A stretch of DNA of 64,000 bases from Patescibacteria group bacterium (GTDB taxonomy: Bacteria; Patescibacteriota; Microgenomatia; UBA12405). Position numbers and translations under genes: made by a program. Below the pieces are notes generated by a model. The model was not told the DNA's origin. It searched no databases and worked only from the letters and a program-made list of their open reading frames with translations. This document shows, piece after piece, positions 8,277 through 16,720 of the stretch. The stretch lies in contig WARW01000002.1 of NCBI GenBank assembly GCA_013387215.1, positions 3,659-67,658 of the forward strand, written 5' to 3'. Every line of letters starts with the position of its first letter. The stretch's first letter is position 1.

Positions 8277-10311
8277 TTTTGATTTCTTTGTTAATCTGGT
8301 TAATATAGTCTTTAGCTTGAGTATTTTGTGGATTAATTTTTAGGGCAGCATTGAAGTTTTTTAGAGCATTTGAATAATCTTTTTGTTCAAGCTCAATCGC
8401 CCCTAAAGCAAAATAAGCATGGTCGTAATTAGACTTTAAACTGATAGCTTTCTCAAAATATGGAACAGCTTCATTTGAAAGTTTGGCGGCATCCAGAAAT
8501 TGGCCAATTAAATAATATGATTTGGCATCAGTGGGAGCCAGGACGGTGACTTTGGTTAAAGAATTTATGGATTCTTTGAAATATTTAGTGTCGATAGAGG
8601 AAAGATAGTAATACATTTGAGCGCGTTCTTTCCAAAGATTGGTGTTGGCAGGAGAAATATGAACGGCGATGTTGGAATAATTAATGGCCGAATCAATGTA
8701 GTTTCCAGATTTTAATTCATCTTTATTGGAGACAGAAATAATGGCCATTTTAGAAGCTAAAAGCGAGGCCTGGCTGAAATATACCGGTTCGTTTTGGCGA
8801 AAATTCAGTGTATTTTGAATTAATTTGTAGGCAAGCTCATAGTCTTCTTTGGCGTCTGCGGATTGAGATTGGGCATAGGAAATGTCGGCTAAATAATAGA
8901 ATAGAGTTTTTTGAAGTATTAAAATTCCAAAAATAATAATAAAGAAATAGGAGACTTGAGTTAAAAGACGATACCGGGAAATAAAACCTGTCTTTAAGGA
9001 ATTTTTTTCTTTTGGAAGTTTGGGGGTGATGGCCAAAATTGGCAAAAGAAAAAAGAAGATTGAAACCATAACGACCGTAAAACCGGCAATATTGGTAATT
9101 AAAATCGAAAGGTAAGCCGCAAAAACAGCTAAACTTTCGGCAGAATTGGTTTTATCGGTCCAAATTTCCTTAAGCAGGTTAAAAATAACAAAAAGAATGA
9201 CTAGTAGATAAGCAACGAAACCAACAGTGCCAGTGGTGGCAAGATAATTTAGATATTCATTGTGGGCTTTGTTGTAGAGAAAATCCCATTCTGAAGTGAG
9301 GTTGTGTTCAACTGGGCGGGTCCAATAATAAGTGTAGGCAAAAGTTTCAGTGCCAGTGCCAAAGAAAGGAAATTTTTTCCAAAGTTCCAAAGTGCCTTTC
9401 CAAACTATTTTTCGGATATCTTCGGAAGGGGTAATATTTAAAGTTGGACCAGAAACGGCAACTGGTTGGGCTTTGGGCGGGAATATTCGGTCTTTGATGG
9501 GATTATTAAACAAAACTGAAATAAGAGTAATGATAATAAAAAGAGGAATAATGGGTTTTAAATTTGATTTGAGAGATTTGTCTTTGAAAGATTTGAAAAG
9601 ATATAAAACAAAAAAAACAAAAAGAGAAATGATGGCGGCAATAATGCCGGATTTTGATTTAGTAAAAAGAAGACAAAGATAAAAACTGACCGATGCAGAG
9701 GCATAAAGAGCAGCGAGAATATTTTTTTTATTTTTAAAATTAACTAAGAATAAATCAAGGGAAAAAGGCAAAAGAATACACAGGTAAGCAGCTAGCCAAT
9801 TTGGTTGGCCAAGAGTCGAAAAGACACGAGACTGGACATCTTGAACCCACATGTTTTTATCGATGCCAAAATGTTCAGCAATACCAAAGCCGCTAATTAA
9901 AAATCCGGAAAATAAAAATAAATTAATTAAGTGATTTTTGAATTTATCATCAAGATAGACCACTAAAATAAAATACAAAAGAACATAGGAAATAACCGAC
10001 AAAAGACCGCCATTGAGACGGGAGTAATAACCAAAAATCGAAGTGTGAGGATCAACGGAAATAAAAGTAGAAATTGTTTGAGAAATTAAAAACAATAAAA
10101 GCGGAATGTCTAGAATTGTTCTTTTAAATAAGGAAACGCGGCCGCGAAAATAATTAATCAAATGGAGAGAAAGGAGAATAGTGGTGAGTCCATAAACAAA
10201 ATACATTTTGGGCAATTCAAAAAGTTCAGAATTGAAAGAGGTGAAGATTAGCGGGGTGAAGAAAAACAAGGCTAAAAAACAGAGACGAATGACATTAGTA
10301 ATTGATTTCAT
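8266..10311 (-). CDS. O-antigen-ligase-like (Wzy_C) polytopic membrane protein with C-terminal TPR repeats
   Basis: 681 aa. About 12 TM segments in the N-terminal 450 aa, followed by TPR-like repeats (AYFALGAIELEQKDYSNALKNFNAALKINPQN). This architecture is common in CPR and other bacteria. Confidence 0.55.
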   Translation of the reverse strand: MKSITNVIRLCFLALFFFTPLIFTSFNSELFELPKMYFVYGLTTILLSLHLINYFRGRVSLFKRTILDIPLLLFLISQTISTFISVDPHTSIFGYYSRLNGGLLSVISYVLLYFILVVYLDDKFKNHLINLFLFSGFLISGFGIAEHFGIDKNMWVQDVQSRVFSTLGQPNWLAAYLCILLPFSLDLFLVNFKNKKNILAALYASASVSFYLCLLFTKSKSGIIAAIISLFVFFVLYLFKSFKDKSLKSNLKPIIPLFIIITLISVLFNNPIKDRIFPPKAQPVAVSGPTLNITPSEDIRKIVWKGTLELWKKFPFFGTGTETFAYTYYWTRPVEHNLTSEWDFLYNKAHNEYLNYLATTGTVGFVAYLLVILFVIFNLLKEIWTDKTNSAESLAVFAAYLSILITNIAGFTVVMVSIFFFLLPILAITPKLPKEKNSLKTGFISRYRLLTQVSYFFIIIFGILILQKTLFYYLADISYAQSQSADAKEDYELAYKLIQNTLNFRQNEPVYFSQASLLASKMAIISVSNKDELKSGNYIDSAINYSNIAVHISPANTNLWKERAQMYYYLSSIDTKYFKESINSLTKVTVLAPTDAKSYYLIGQFLDAAKLSNEAVPYFEKAISLKSNYDHAYFALGAIELEQKDYSNALKNFNAALKINPQNTQAKDYINQINKEIKTKN

Positions 10312-10332
10312 AGAGATAGTATAACCTGGCTT

Positions 10333-11472
10333 TTGTTATACTCTTTTACAGTGATTAAGTTTCCTTTTGGTTTAAATTCAAAAATAGAAAAATATATTGC
10401 TCCATTCAGTTTGGATATCGGAGTGGATTTGGGCAGCAGTAATTTTTTAATTTTCCTTAAAGATAGGGGAATTATGATAAATGAACCAACAATGCTCGCT
10501 AGAACCAAAAAGAAAAAGTGGAGCGGACTTTCAGCGCCTCAATTAAGTTATTCGGGGCCAATTGCTTACGGAATGAAAGCCAAGGAAATGATTAATCGAG
10601 AACCAAAACAAATTGAGGTGGTGAGCCCGATTAAGAATGGAGTAATTTCTGATTTGGAAGCGGTGGAAAGTTTGATTTCACATTATTTAAAAGTAGTCTA
10701 TGAAATTCCGTCAAAGTACCCGAAAATTTTTAAACCAAGGGTAATTGTAGGAGTGCCAAGCAGCATTAATCAAGTTCAAAAAAGAGCCGTAAAATCGATA
10801 TTTTTAGCATCAGGAGTCAGAGACGTGGTTTTGGTGGAAGAGGCGGTGCTGGCTTCAATTGGGATGGGGTTGCCAATTGATAGTTCGATGGGGTTGGTGG
10901 TGGTCGATATCGGCGGTGGAAAAACAGAAGTGAGTGTGGTTTCAGTTGGCGGAGTGGTAGTGGGAAAAGGAATTAAGACGGCCGGCAATGATTTAGACAC
11001 CAGCATCATTAATTATGTAAAAATGAAATATGGACTTCTGATTGGTCCGAATAGTGCTGAAAAAATTAAGATAGAAGTCGGCAATCTTTCAGATGAGAGC
11101 CAAAAAGAAAAAAAGCTTTCTGTGGTTAGAGGCAGAGATTTGGAAACTGGGTTACCTAAAAGCATTAAAATCGGCGAAAATGAAATTAGAGAAGCAATCA
11201 GCTTGGAAGTGTCCAAAATCGTTAAAATGGTGGGATCGGTTTTAGATGAAACACCGCCAGAATTAATGGAGGATATTTTAAAAAGAGGAATTGCTTTGGT
11301 GGGAAACGGGGCTAAAATGCTGGGATTGGCAAAATTAATTGAAAGAGAAACAAAAATTGCGACGCGGGTGGTGGATGAACCAGGATTGTGCGTGGTTAAA
11401 GGCTGCGGTGAGCTGATTCAAAAACCTGACTTATTGACTCGAGTTAGATTAGTTTCCAATTTTGGCGAATGA
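10333..11472 (+). CDS. mreB: rod-shape-determining actin homologue MreB
   Basis: DIGVDLGSSNFLIF...GIMINEPT matches MreB phosphate-1 (DLGTANTLIY...GIVLNEPS). EVVSPIKNGVISD and VVVDIGGGKTEVSV are also present. The exact start is uncertain. TGA stop overlaps the mrdA ATG (ATGA). Confidence 0.8.
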   Translation: MLYSFTVIKFPFGLNSKIEKYIAPFSLDIGVDLGSSNFLIFLKDRGIMINEPTMLARTKKKKWSGLSAPQLSYSGPIAYGMKAKEMINREPKQIEVVSPIKNGVISDLEAVESLISHYLKVVYEIPSKYPKIFKPRVIVGVPSSINQVQKRAVKSIFLASGVRDVVLVEEAVLASIGMGLPIDSSMGLVVVDIGGGKTEVSVVSVGGVVVGKGIKTAGNDLDTSIINYVKMKYGLLIGPNSAEKIKIEVGNLSDESQKEKKLSVVRGRDLETGLPKSIKIGENEIREAISLEVSKIVKMVGSVLDETPPELMEDILKRGIALVGNGAKMLGLAKLIERETKIATRVVDEPGLCVVKGCGELIQKPDLLTRVRLVSNFGE

Positions 11473-13118
11473 GACAAATCGATGAAACTTCCTGGAAATA
11501 TTGGCTACTGCGGGGCACACTATTTTTTAGTTTGGCTATTTTAATTTCTAACGTTTTTATTCTGGCGGTCATAAAAAATAAATATTATCAAAACATGGCC
11601 CGGGAAAATAAGGTGGTACAAAATACTTTGCCTGCAGAGAGAGGCCAAATTGTGGATCGAAAAGGCAGAGTTATTGCTAAAAGTGTTTATGAATATTTTA
11701 AAATGGATGGAACCAATAAGGTATATGAGGGTGCTGGTGATTTTCAGGGATATAAGTTTGAAGGCAAGGATTTATTGTTTGATCTGAAACGACAATATCC
11801 TTATGGCGAATCAACATCATTTATTTCCGGTTATGTGGCTAAAGTTAGCGATAGTGATGTGAAATCGGATACCTGCGCCACTAAACTTAGCGCTAATGAA
11901 ATGATTGGCCGCGGCGGAGTGGAAAGTTCAATGGACTGCAGATTGAGAGGCAGTGATGGTTTGAGATTAATGGAAGTAGATGCCAGAGGCAAATATATCC
12001 GCGAATTAGGCCGACAAGAACCAACGACAGGCCAAACTTTAAATTTATCAATTGATGCATATTGGCAGGATAAAATTTATAAATTATTGGATGGCCGAAA
12101 GGCAGTGGTTATTATCAGTGAACCAAAAACAGGAAAAATATTAAATTTAGTTTCCAGTCCAGCTTATGATCCGAATGCTTTTTCATTTCACCAGGATAAT
12201 CAGTTAATCAGCAGTTATTTGGATAACAAAGATGGTTTACCGCTTTTAAATCGAGCCGTTTCGGCTAGGTATGAACCTGGATCGGTTTTTAAAATTGTAA
12301 TGGCAACGGCTGGTTTGGAAAGTGGAGTGATTACAAAAGATTCGACTTATGATGATACGGGAATAATGAAAGTGGGGGATTATAGCTACACAAATTGGCA
12401 GTGGTCAAAGAGTGGAGTGACAAATGGAAATATAAATATTGTGACTGCATTGCAGAAATCAAATGACATATATTTTTATAAATTGGGAGGTGATTTGGGA
12501 GTGGATAGGATTAAAACTTGGATGGATAAATATGGCTATGGAGTCAAAACGGGAATTGAAATACCGGGGGAATTGGATGGAGTGGCACCAGATGAAACTT
12601 GGAAATTAAAAATAAAAGGCGAAAAATGGTATTTAGGTGATACTTATCATTTGTCCATAGGACAGGGAGATATGAGTGTAACGCCATTACAGGTGAATCA
12701 AATGACAGATATTATTGCCAATAAAGGAACTAAATGCAAAATGAGTTTGCTGAAAGATTCAAAACCTGAATGCCATGATCTGGGAATTAAAACTGAAAAC
12801 TGGCAAGCAATAATTGAGGGAATGAGAGCGGCCTGTAAACCAGGTGGAACGGCATGGCCTTTATTTAATTTTAAAACTCAAATTGCCTGCAAAACCGGAA
12901 CTGCGGAAGTGGGTGATGGCAGTAAGGACACTCATGCCTGGCTGACAGCATTTGCTCCGGCTGATAATCCGCAAATAGCGATCACGGTAATGGTGGAAAG
13001 AGGCGGGGAAGGGTCGGATGTGGCTGCTCCAATCGTTGGTGATATTTTAAAGGATTGGTTTGAGGAACCAAATACATTAGTGCCAAGATATAGTAAAAGC
13101 AAATTGAACTCAGAATAA
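11469..13118 (+). CDS. mrdA: penicillin-binding protein 2 / FtsI-family transpeptidase
   Basis: N-terminal TM, then a transpeptidase domain with SVFK (SxxK), KSND-like (SND) and KTGT motifs. Directly downstream of mreB with no mreC/mreD. Confidence 0.8.
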   Translation: MRQIDETSWKYWLLRGTLFFSLAILISNVFILAVIKNKYYQNMARENKVVQNTLPAERGQIVDRKGRVIAKSVYEYFKMDGTNKVYEGAGDFQGYKFEGKDLLFDLKRQYPYGESTSFISGYVAKVSDSDVKSDTCATKLSANEMIGRGGVESSMDCRLRGSDGLRLMEVDARGKYIRELGRQEPTTGQTLNLSIDAYWQDKIYKLLDGRKAVVIISEPKTGKILNLVSSPAYDPNAFSFHQDNQLISSYLDNKDGLPLLNRAVSARYEPGSVFKIVMATAGLESGVITKDSTYDDTGIMKVGDYSYTNWQWSKSGVTNGNINIVTALQKSNDIYFYKLGGDLGVDRIKTWMDKYGYGVKTGIEIPGELDGVAPDETWKLKIKGEKWYLGDTYHLSIGQGDMSVTPLQVNQMTDIIANKGTKCKMSLLKDSKPECHDLGIKTENWQAIIEGMRAACKPGGTAWPLFNFKTQIACKTGTAEVGDGSKDTHAWLTAFAPADNPQIAITVMVERGGEGSDVAAPIVGDILKDWFEEPNTLVPRYSKSKLNSE

Positions 13119-13123
13119 AATAA

Positions 13124-13801
13124 TTGGTGATTTTGATAACATTAATAATGAGTGTGGCCATAAAATTGGAAGATAATCTTTATCCAAAATCATTAAAGAA
13201 TATTTATGATTGCCCTCAGATTATTTATGCCTTGGGTAATGTGAATTTGTTAAAAGAGAAAAAGATTTTAGCAGTAGTGGGAAGCAGAAAAATGAGCCAA
13301 TATGGAAAGGAAATTGTTAAAAAGTTTGTGCCTGAATTAGTTAAAAATAACTGGGTAATAGTGTCGGGAATGGCTTTGGGAATCGATGCAGAAGTGCAAA
13401 AGGTGGTGTTGGAAAATAAAGGCAAAACAATTGCAGTGTTAGCTTCGGGAGTGGATGTGGTTTCGCCCAGATCTAATAAATGGCTTTACGAAAAAATATT
13501 GGAAAACAACGGTTTAATAATTTCAGAATATAAAAACGGAACAGTTCCCAATAGGATAAAGTTCTTAGAAAGAAATAAGATTATTGCCGGGTTGTCTTTG
13601 GGAGTAATGGTAATTGAAGGAGCTTTAAAAAGCGGAACTTTGGTGACAGCAAAATTAGCCTTGGAACAGGGTAGGGAAGTTTTGGCTGTTCCAGGAAGAA
13701 TTGACGAGGAAAATAGTAAGACGCCAAACTTTTTAATAAAAAATGGAGCTAATATAATTACAAATATTGAGGATGTTTGGGAAATTTTTGAAGGTGTATA
13801 A
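13124..13801 (+). CDS. dprA: DNA processing protein DprA/Smf (Rossmann-fold domain only)
   Basis: 225 aa. ILAVVGSRKMSQYGKEIV..VSGMALGIDAEVQK...VLASGVD matches the DprA core. A conserved pairing with topA. Confidence 0.8.
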   Translation: MVILITLIMSVAIKLEDNLYPKSLKNIYDCPQIIYALGNVNLLKEKKILAVVGSRKMSQYGKEIVKKFVPELVKNNWVIVSGMALGIDAEVQKVVLENKGKTIAVLASGVDVVSPRSNKWLYEKILENNGLIISEYKNGTVPNRIKFLERNKIIAGLSLGVMVIEGALKSGTLVTAKLALEQGREVLAVPGRIDEENSKTPNFLIKNGANIITNIEDVWEIFEGV

Positions 13802-13885
13802 TAATAAAGTTCGTAAATTTTTTGAAAATTATCGTATTTGAAACTAAAGTTTTATTGCTTGACAGGGGTGTTACTATAGATAACA

Positions 13886-15877
13886 ATGACTGATATGTCC
13901 AAAAAACTATTAATTGTAGAGTCGCCAACAAAAGCCAAAACTATTGGGAAATATTTGGGAAGTGATTACCAAGTAATTGCCACAGTAGGACATTTGCGCG
14001 ATTTGCCGAGCAATAAAATGGCCGTGGACTTAAAAAAAGATTTTGATGTGGAATATGTGATCGATGAGAAAAAGAAAAGAGTGGTAGATGAATTGGTTAA
14101 AGCTTCAAAAAGTGCCAATCAAATATTATTGGCTTCCGATCCTGACCGTGAGGGAGAAGCTATTGCTTGGCACGTAAAATGGATTTTGCTTAATGCCAAA
14201 AAACCAGTTAAGGAAAATATAATTTCCCGGATTACTTTTCATGAAATTACTAAAGAAGCTGTTGAAGAAGCTTTGAAAAAAAGCCGAGATATAGACATGG
14301 ATTTGGTAAATGCCCAACAAGGCCGAAGAGTTTTGGATAGGGTAGTGGGTTACAGCCTTTCGCCTATTTTATGGAAGAAAGTCCGAAGAGGTTTATCGGC
14401 CGGAAGAGTTCAGTCGGTGGCAGTCAGATTGATCTGTGAAAGAGAAAAAGAAATTCAAAAGTTTTCCAAAGAAAAATATTTTTCAATTTATTCAGAACTT
14501 AAAAAGAGCAATGAAAAATTCAATGCCGAATTAATTAAGGTGGATGGCAAAAGTGTTTATAAGACTGAAAAATTCAATTTGTTTGACGGAGTTTATTCGG
14601 TCACTAAATCTATTTTTGACAGTCAAGAAGAAACAGACAAATATATTTCTGGTTTAGGCAAAGAATTTATGGTGGAAAGCATTTCGGGTCGGGAAGTTAA
14701 CCGGGTTCCATTACCAGCTTTCACCACTTCAAAGCTTCAACAAGCGGCTTCAAGAAAGTTTGGCTGGTCGGGTAAACAGACAATGAGTGTGGCCCAAAAG
14801 CTCTACGAAAAAGGTTTAATTAGTTATCATCGTACCGATTCAGTTTATTTGTCTGACAAAGCAATTGCGGATTTCAGAAAATATTTAGGTAAAGAATATG
14901 GAGCTGAATATGTGTCGACAAAAGTCAGAGTTTATAAAAATAATGCTAAAAATGCCCAGGAAGCTCACGAAGCAATCAGACCAACAAAAGCTGATGTGCC
15001 AACTATTGATGACGGAGATGTTCGGGAAAATAAATTGTATGAATTGATTTGGAAAAGAGCCGTGGCCACTCAAGCCGCTGCTGCTAGAATGAGAAATACT
15101 ACAATTATATTATCCAATGGAACAGGCACTTTTCAATCAAAGGGAGTAAGAATGTTGTTCGATGGTTTCTTGAGAATTACCGGCGAAAAACACGAAGATC
15201 AATTATTGCCAGAATTAATTGAAAAAGAAAAAATCGGCAGCAATAAAATCTGGGCAGTGGAAACAGAAACCAATCCACCCCCAAGATATAGTGATGCTAG
15301 TTTGGTGTCTTCTTTGGAAAAACAGGGGATTGGAAGACCAAGTACCTACGCGCCAATTATTTCAACAATTTTAATGAGACAGTATGTGGAAAGAGACGAA
15401 GGCAGATTTAAACCAACAGCTTTGGGAAATGCCGCTAATGAATTTTTAGTCAAAAACTTTAGTAATATTTTATCTTTGCCGTTTACGGCGGAAATGGAAG
15501 AAGATTTGGATAAAATTTCTTTGGGTAAAAGAGAATGGAAAGAAATGATGAAAAGTTTTTGGAGCAAATTTAAAGATGAAATCAAAACAGCCGAAACTGA
15601 TAGCGAAAGAGTGAAGGTGGAGACCGAAAAATTAGGCGAAAAGTGTCCAGAGTGCGGCGAGGGTGAGCTAGTGGTCAGATTGGGACGTTTTGGAAAATTC
15701 ATTTCCTGCGACCGTTTTCCAGATTGTAAATATACCCGTCAATACCAAGAAGTGGCTGGATTTAAGTGTCCAGAATGCGGTTCTGAAGGTGTAGTCAAAC
15801 GAACTAAAACAGGCAGAAAATTTTATGGCTGTTCTAACTATCCTAACTGTAAATGGGCGGGATGGAAAAAGCCGTAA
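13886..15877 (+). CDS. topA: DNA topoisomerase I with C-terminal C4 zinc ribbons
   Basis: TOPRIM N-terminus (LLIVESPTKAKTIGKYLG), active-site region GLISYHRTDS (Tyr), two C-terminal CPECG...C..C zinc fingers. Confidence 0.9.
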   Translation: MTDMSKKLLIVESPTKAKTIGKYLGSDYQVIATVGHLRDLPSNKMAVDLKKDFDVEYVIDEKKKRVVDELVKASKSANQILLASDPDREGEAIAWHVKWILLNAKKPVKENIISRITFHEITKEAVEEALKKSRDIDMDLVNAQQGRRVLDRVVGYSLSPILWKKVRRGLSAGRVQSVAVRLICEREKEIQKFSKEKYFSIYSELKKSNEKFNAELIKVDGKSVYKTEKFNLFDGVYSVTKSIFDSQEETDKYISGLGKEFMVESISGREVNRVPLPAFTTSKLQQAASRKFGWSGKQTMSVAQKLYEKGLISYHRTDSVYLSDKAIADFRKYLGKEYGAEYVSTKVRVYKNNAKNAQEAHEAIRPTKADVPTIDDGDVRENKLYELIWKRAVATQAAAARMRNTTIILSNGTGTFQSKGVRMLFDGFLRITGEKHEDQLLPELIEKEKIGSNKIWAVETETNPPPRYSDASLVSSLEKQGIGRPSTYAPIISTILMRQYVERDEGRFKPTALGNAANEFLVKNFSNILSLPFTAEMEEDLDKISLGKREWKEMMKSFWSKFKDEIKTAETDSERVKVETEKLGEKCPECGEGELVVRLGRFGKFISCDRFPDCKYTRQYQEVAGFKCPECGSEGVVKRTKTGRKFYGCSNYPNCKWAGWKKP

Positions 15878-15897
15878 ATAAATTTTAAAAGAATAGT

Positions 15898-15937
15898 GCC
15901 TGGAGGTGGAAATTTTTTTTCTGACTCCAGGCGTTTT
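15898..15937 (+). terminator. rho-independent terminator after topA
   Basis: Stem gcctggag/ctccaggc with a loop, followed by GTTTTTAGG. Confidence 0.45.
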
Positions 15938-15975
15938 TAGGATATTTACAGGAAGTTTTTTGTATTAAGGTAATT

Positions 15976-16275
15976 TTAATCTAATATGAGAGACATATTA
16001 GTATCTACAGGTTTGTCGTCATTTTGAAGGCAGAATTTTATTTTTGTGAATTCTTCTAAGGTCGATAGCAGCGATTTAAATTCTCTATCGCGTGCACATA
16101 TACCTATGTTTCCAAAATAGAAATAGCGTATGCCATCTCCATAAAGACTATTAGTGAATTTTTCTAAAGACTGTTCCAATTTTTGAGCTTCATCTTCCGA
16201 TGAAATATCGTAGGTATACAAATAGGTTTGGCGCCGTGCATAATATACCGCTACACGTACTTTCACTCTAACCAA
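15976..16275 (-). CDS. hypothetical protein (99 aa)
   Basis: ORF only (MVRVKVRVAVYYARRQTYLYTYDISSEDEAQKLEQ...). No recognised motif. Co-directional with and downstream of the ATPase gene. Confidence 0.35.
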   Translation of the reverse strand: MVRVKVRVAVYYARRQTYLYTYDISSEDEAQKLEQSLEKFTNSLYGDGIRYFYFGNIGICARDREFKSLLSTLEEFTKIKFCLQNDDKPVDTNMSLILD

Positions 16276-16397
16276 CTCCTTTCTTGGATTATTGGAAAAA
16301 CTTTCTGTAAATTTTAAAAAGAACTAAGACTAAAAAATAACGCTGTTGTTTTTTAAAGTTGCTTGATTTTACTATAAAAGATCGGAAAAAGCCGTAA

Positions 16398-16583
16398 TTA
16401 TTTTTTATTGCGTTGTAAACTTAATTCGTCTTCAAAAATCTTTTTCTCTAATTCTTTAATATCAATAGAAGGTCCTAGAGATTCTAATTGTTTTTCTCGA
16501 CATGAACTAAATGATTGACAGCCCACACAATTTTCAATTGGACAAATATCTGGTCGGCCAGGGATGATTTCAGGATTAGTCAT
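16398..16583 (-). CDS. small Cys-rich protein (61 aa) with a C-x4-C-x2-C-x5-C cluster
   Basis: ICPIENCVGCQSFSSC. Possible zinc-ribbon or Fe-S-like motif. ORF only. Confidence 0.3.
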   Translation of the reverse strand: MTNPEIIPGRPDICPIENCVGCQSFSSCREKQLESLGPSIDIKELEKKIFEDELSLQRNKK

Positions 16584-16720
16584 TTTTTTAAGGGGAAATT
16601 TTAATTAACAAAATTATAAAAAGCACAATCGATCGATTCAATGAATATCATTAGAAAATTTTGGGTGCTACAATTAAATATTGCTGTAATTTTAGGTAAT
16701 AAATGTAAACTAGAATACAA

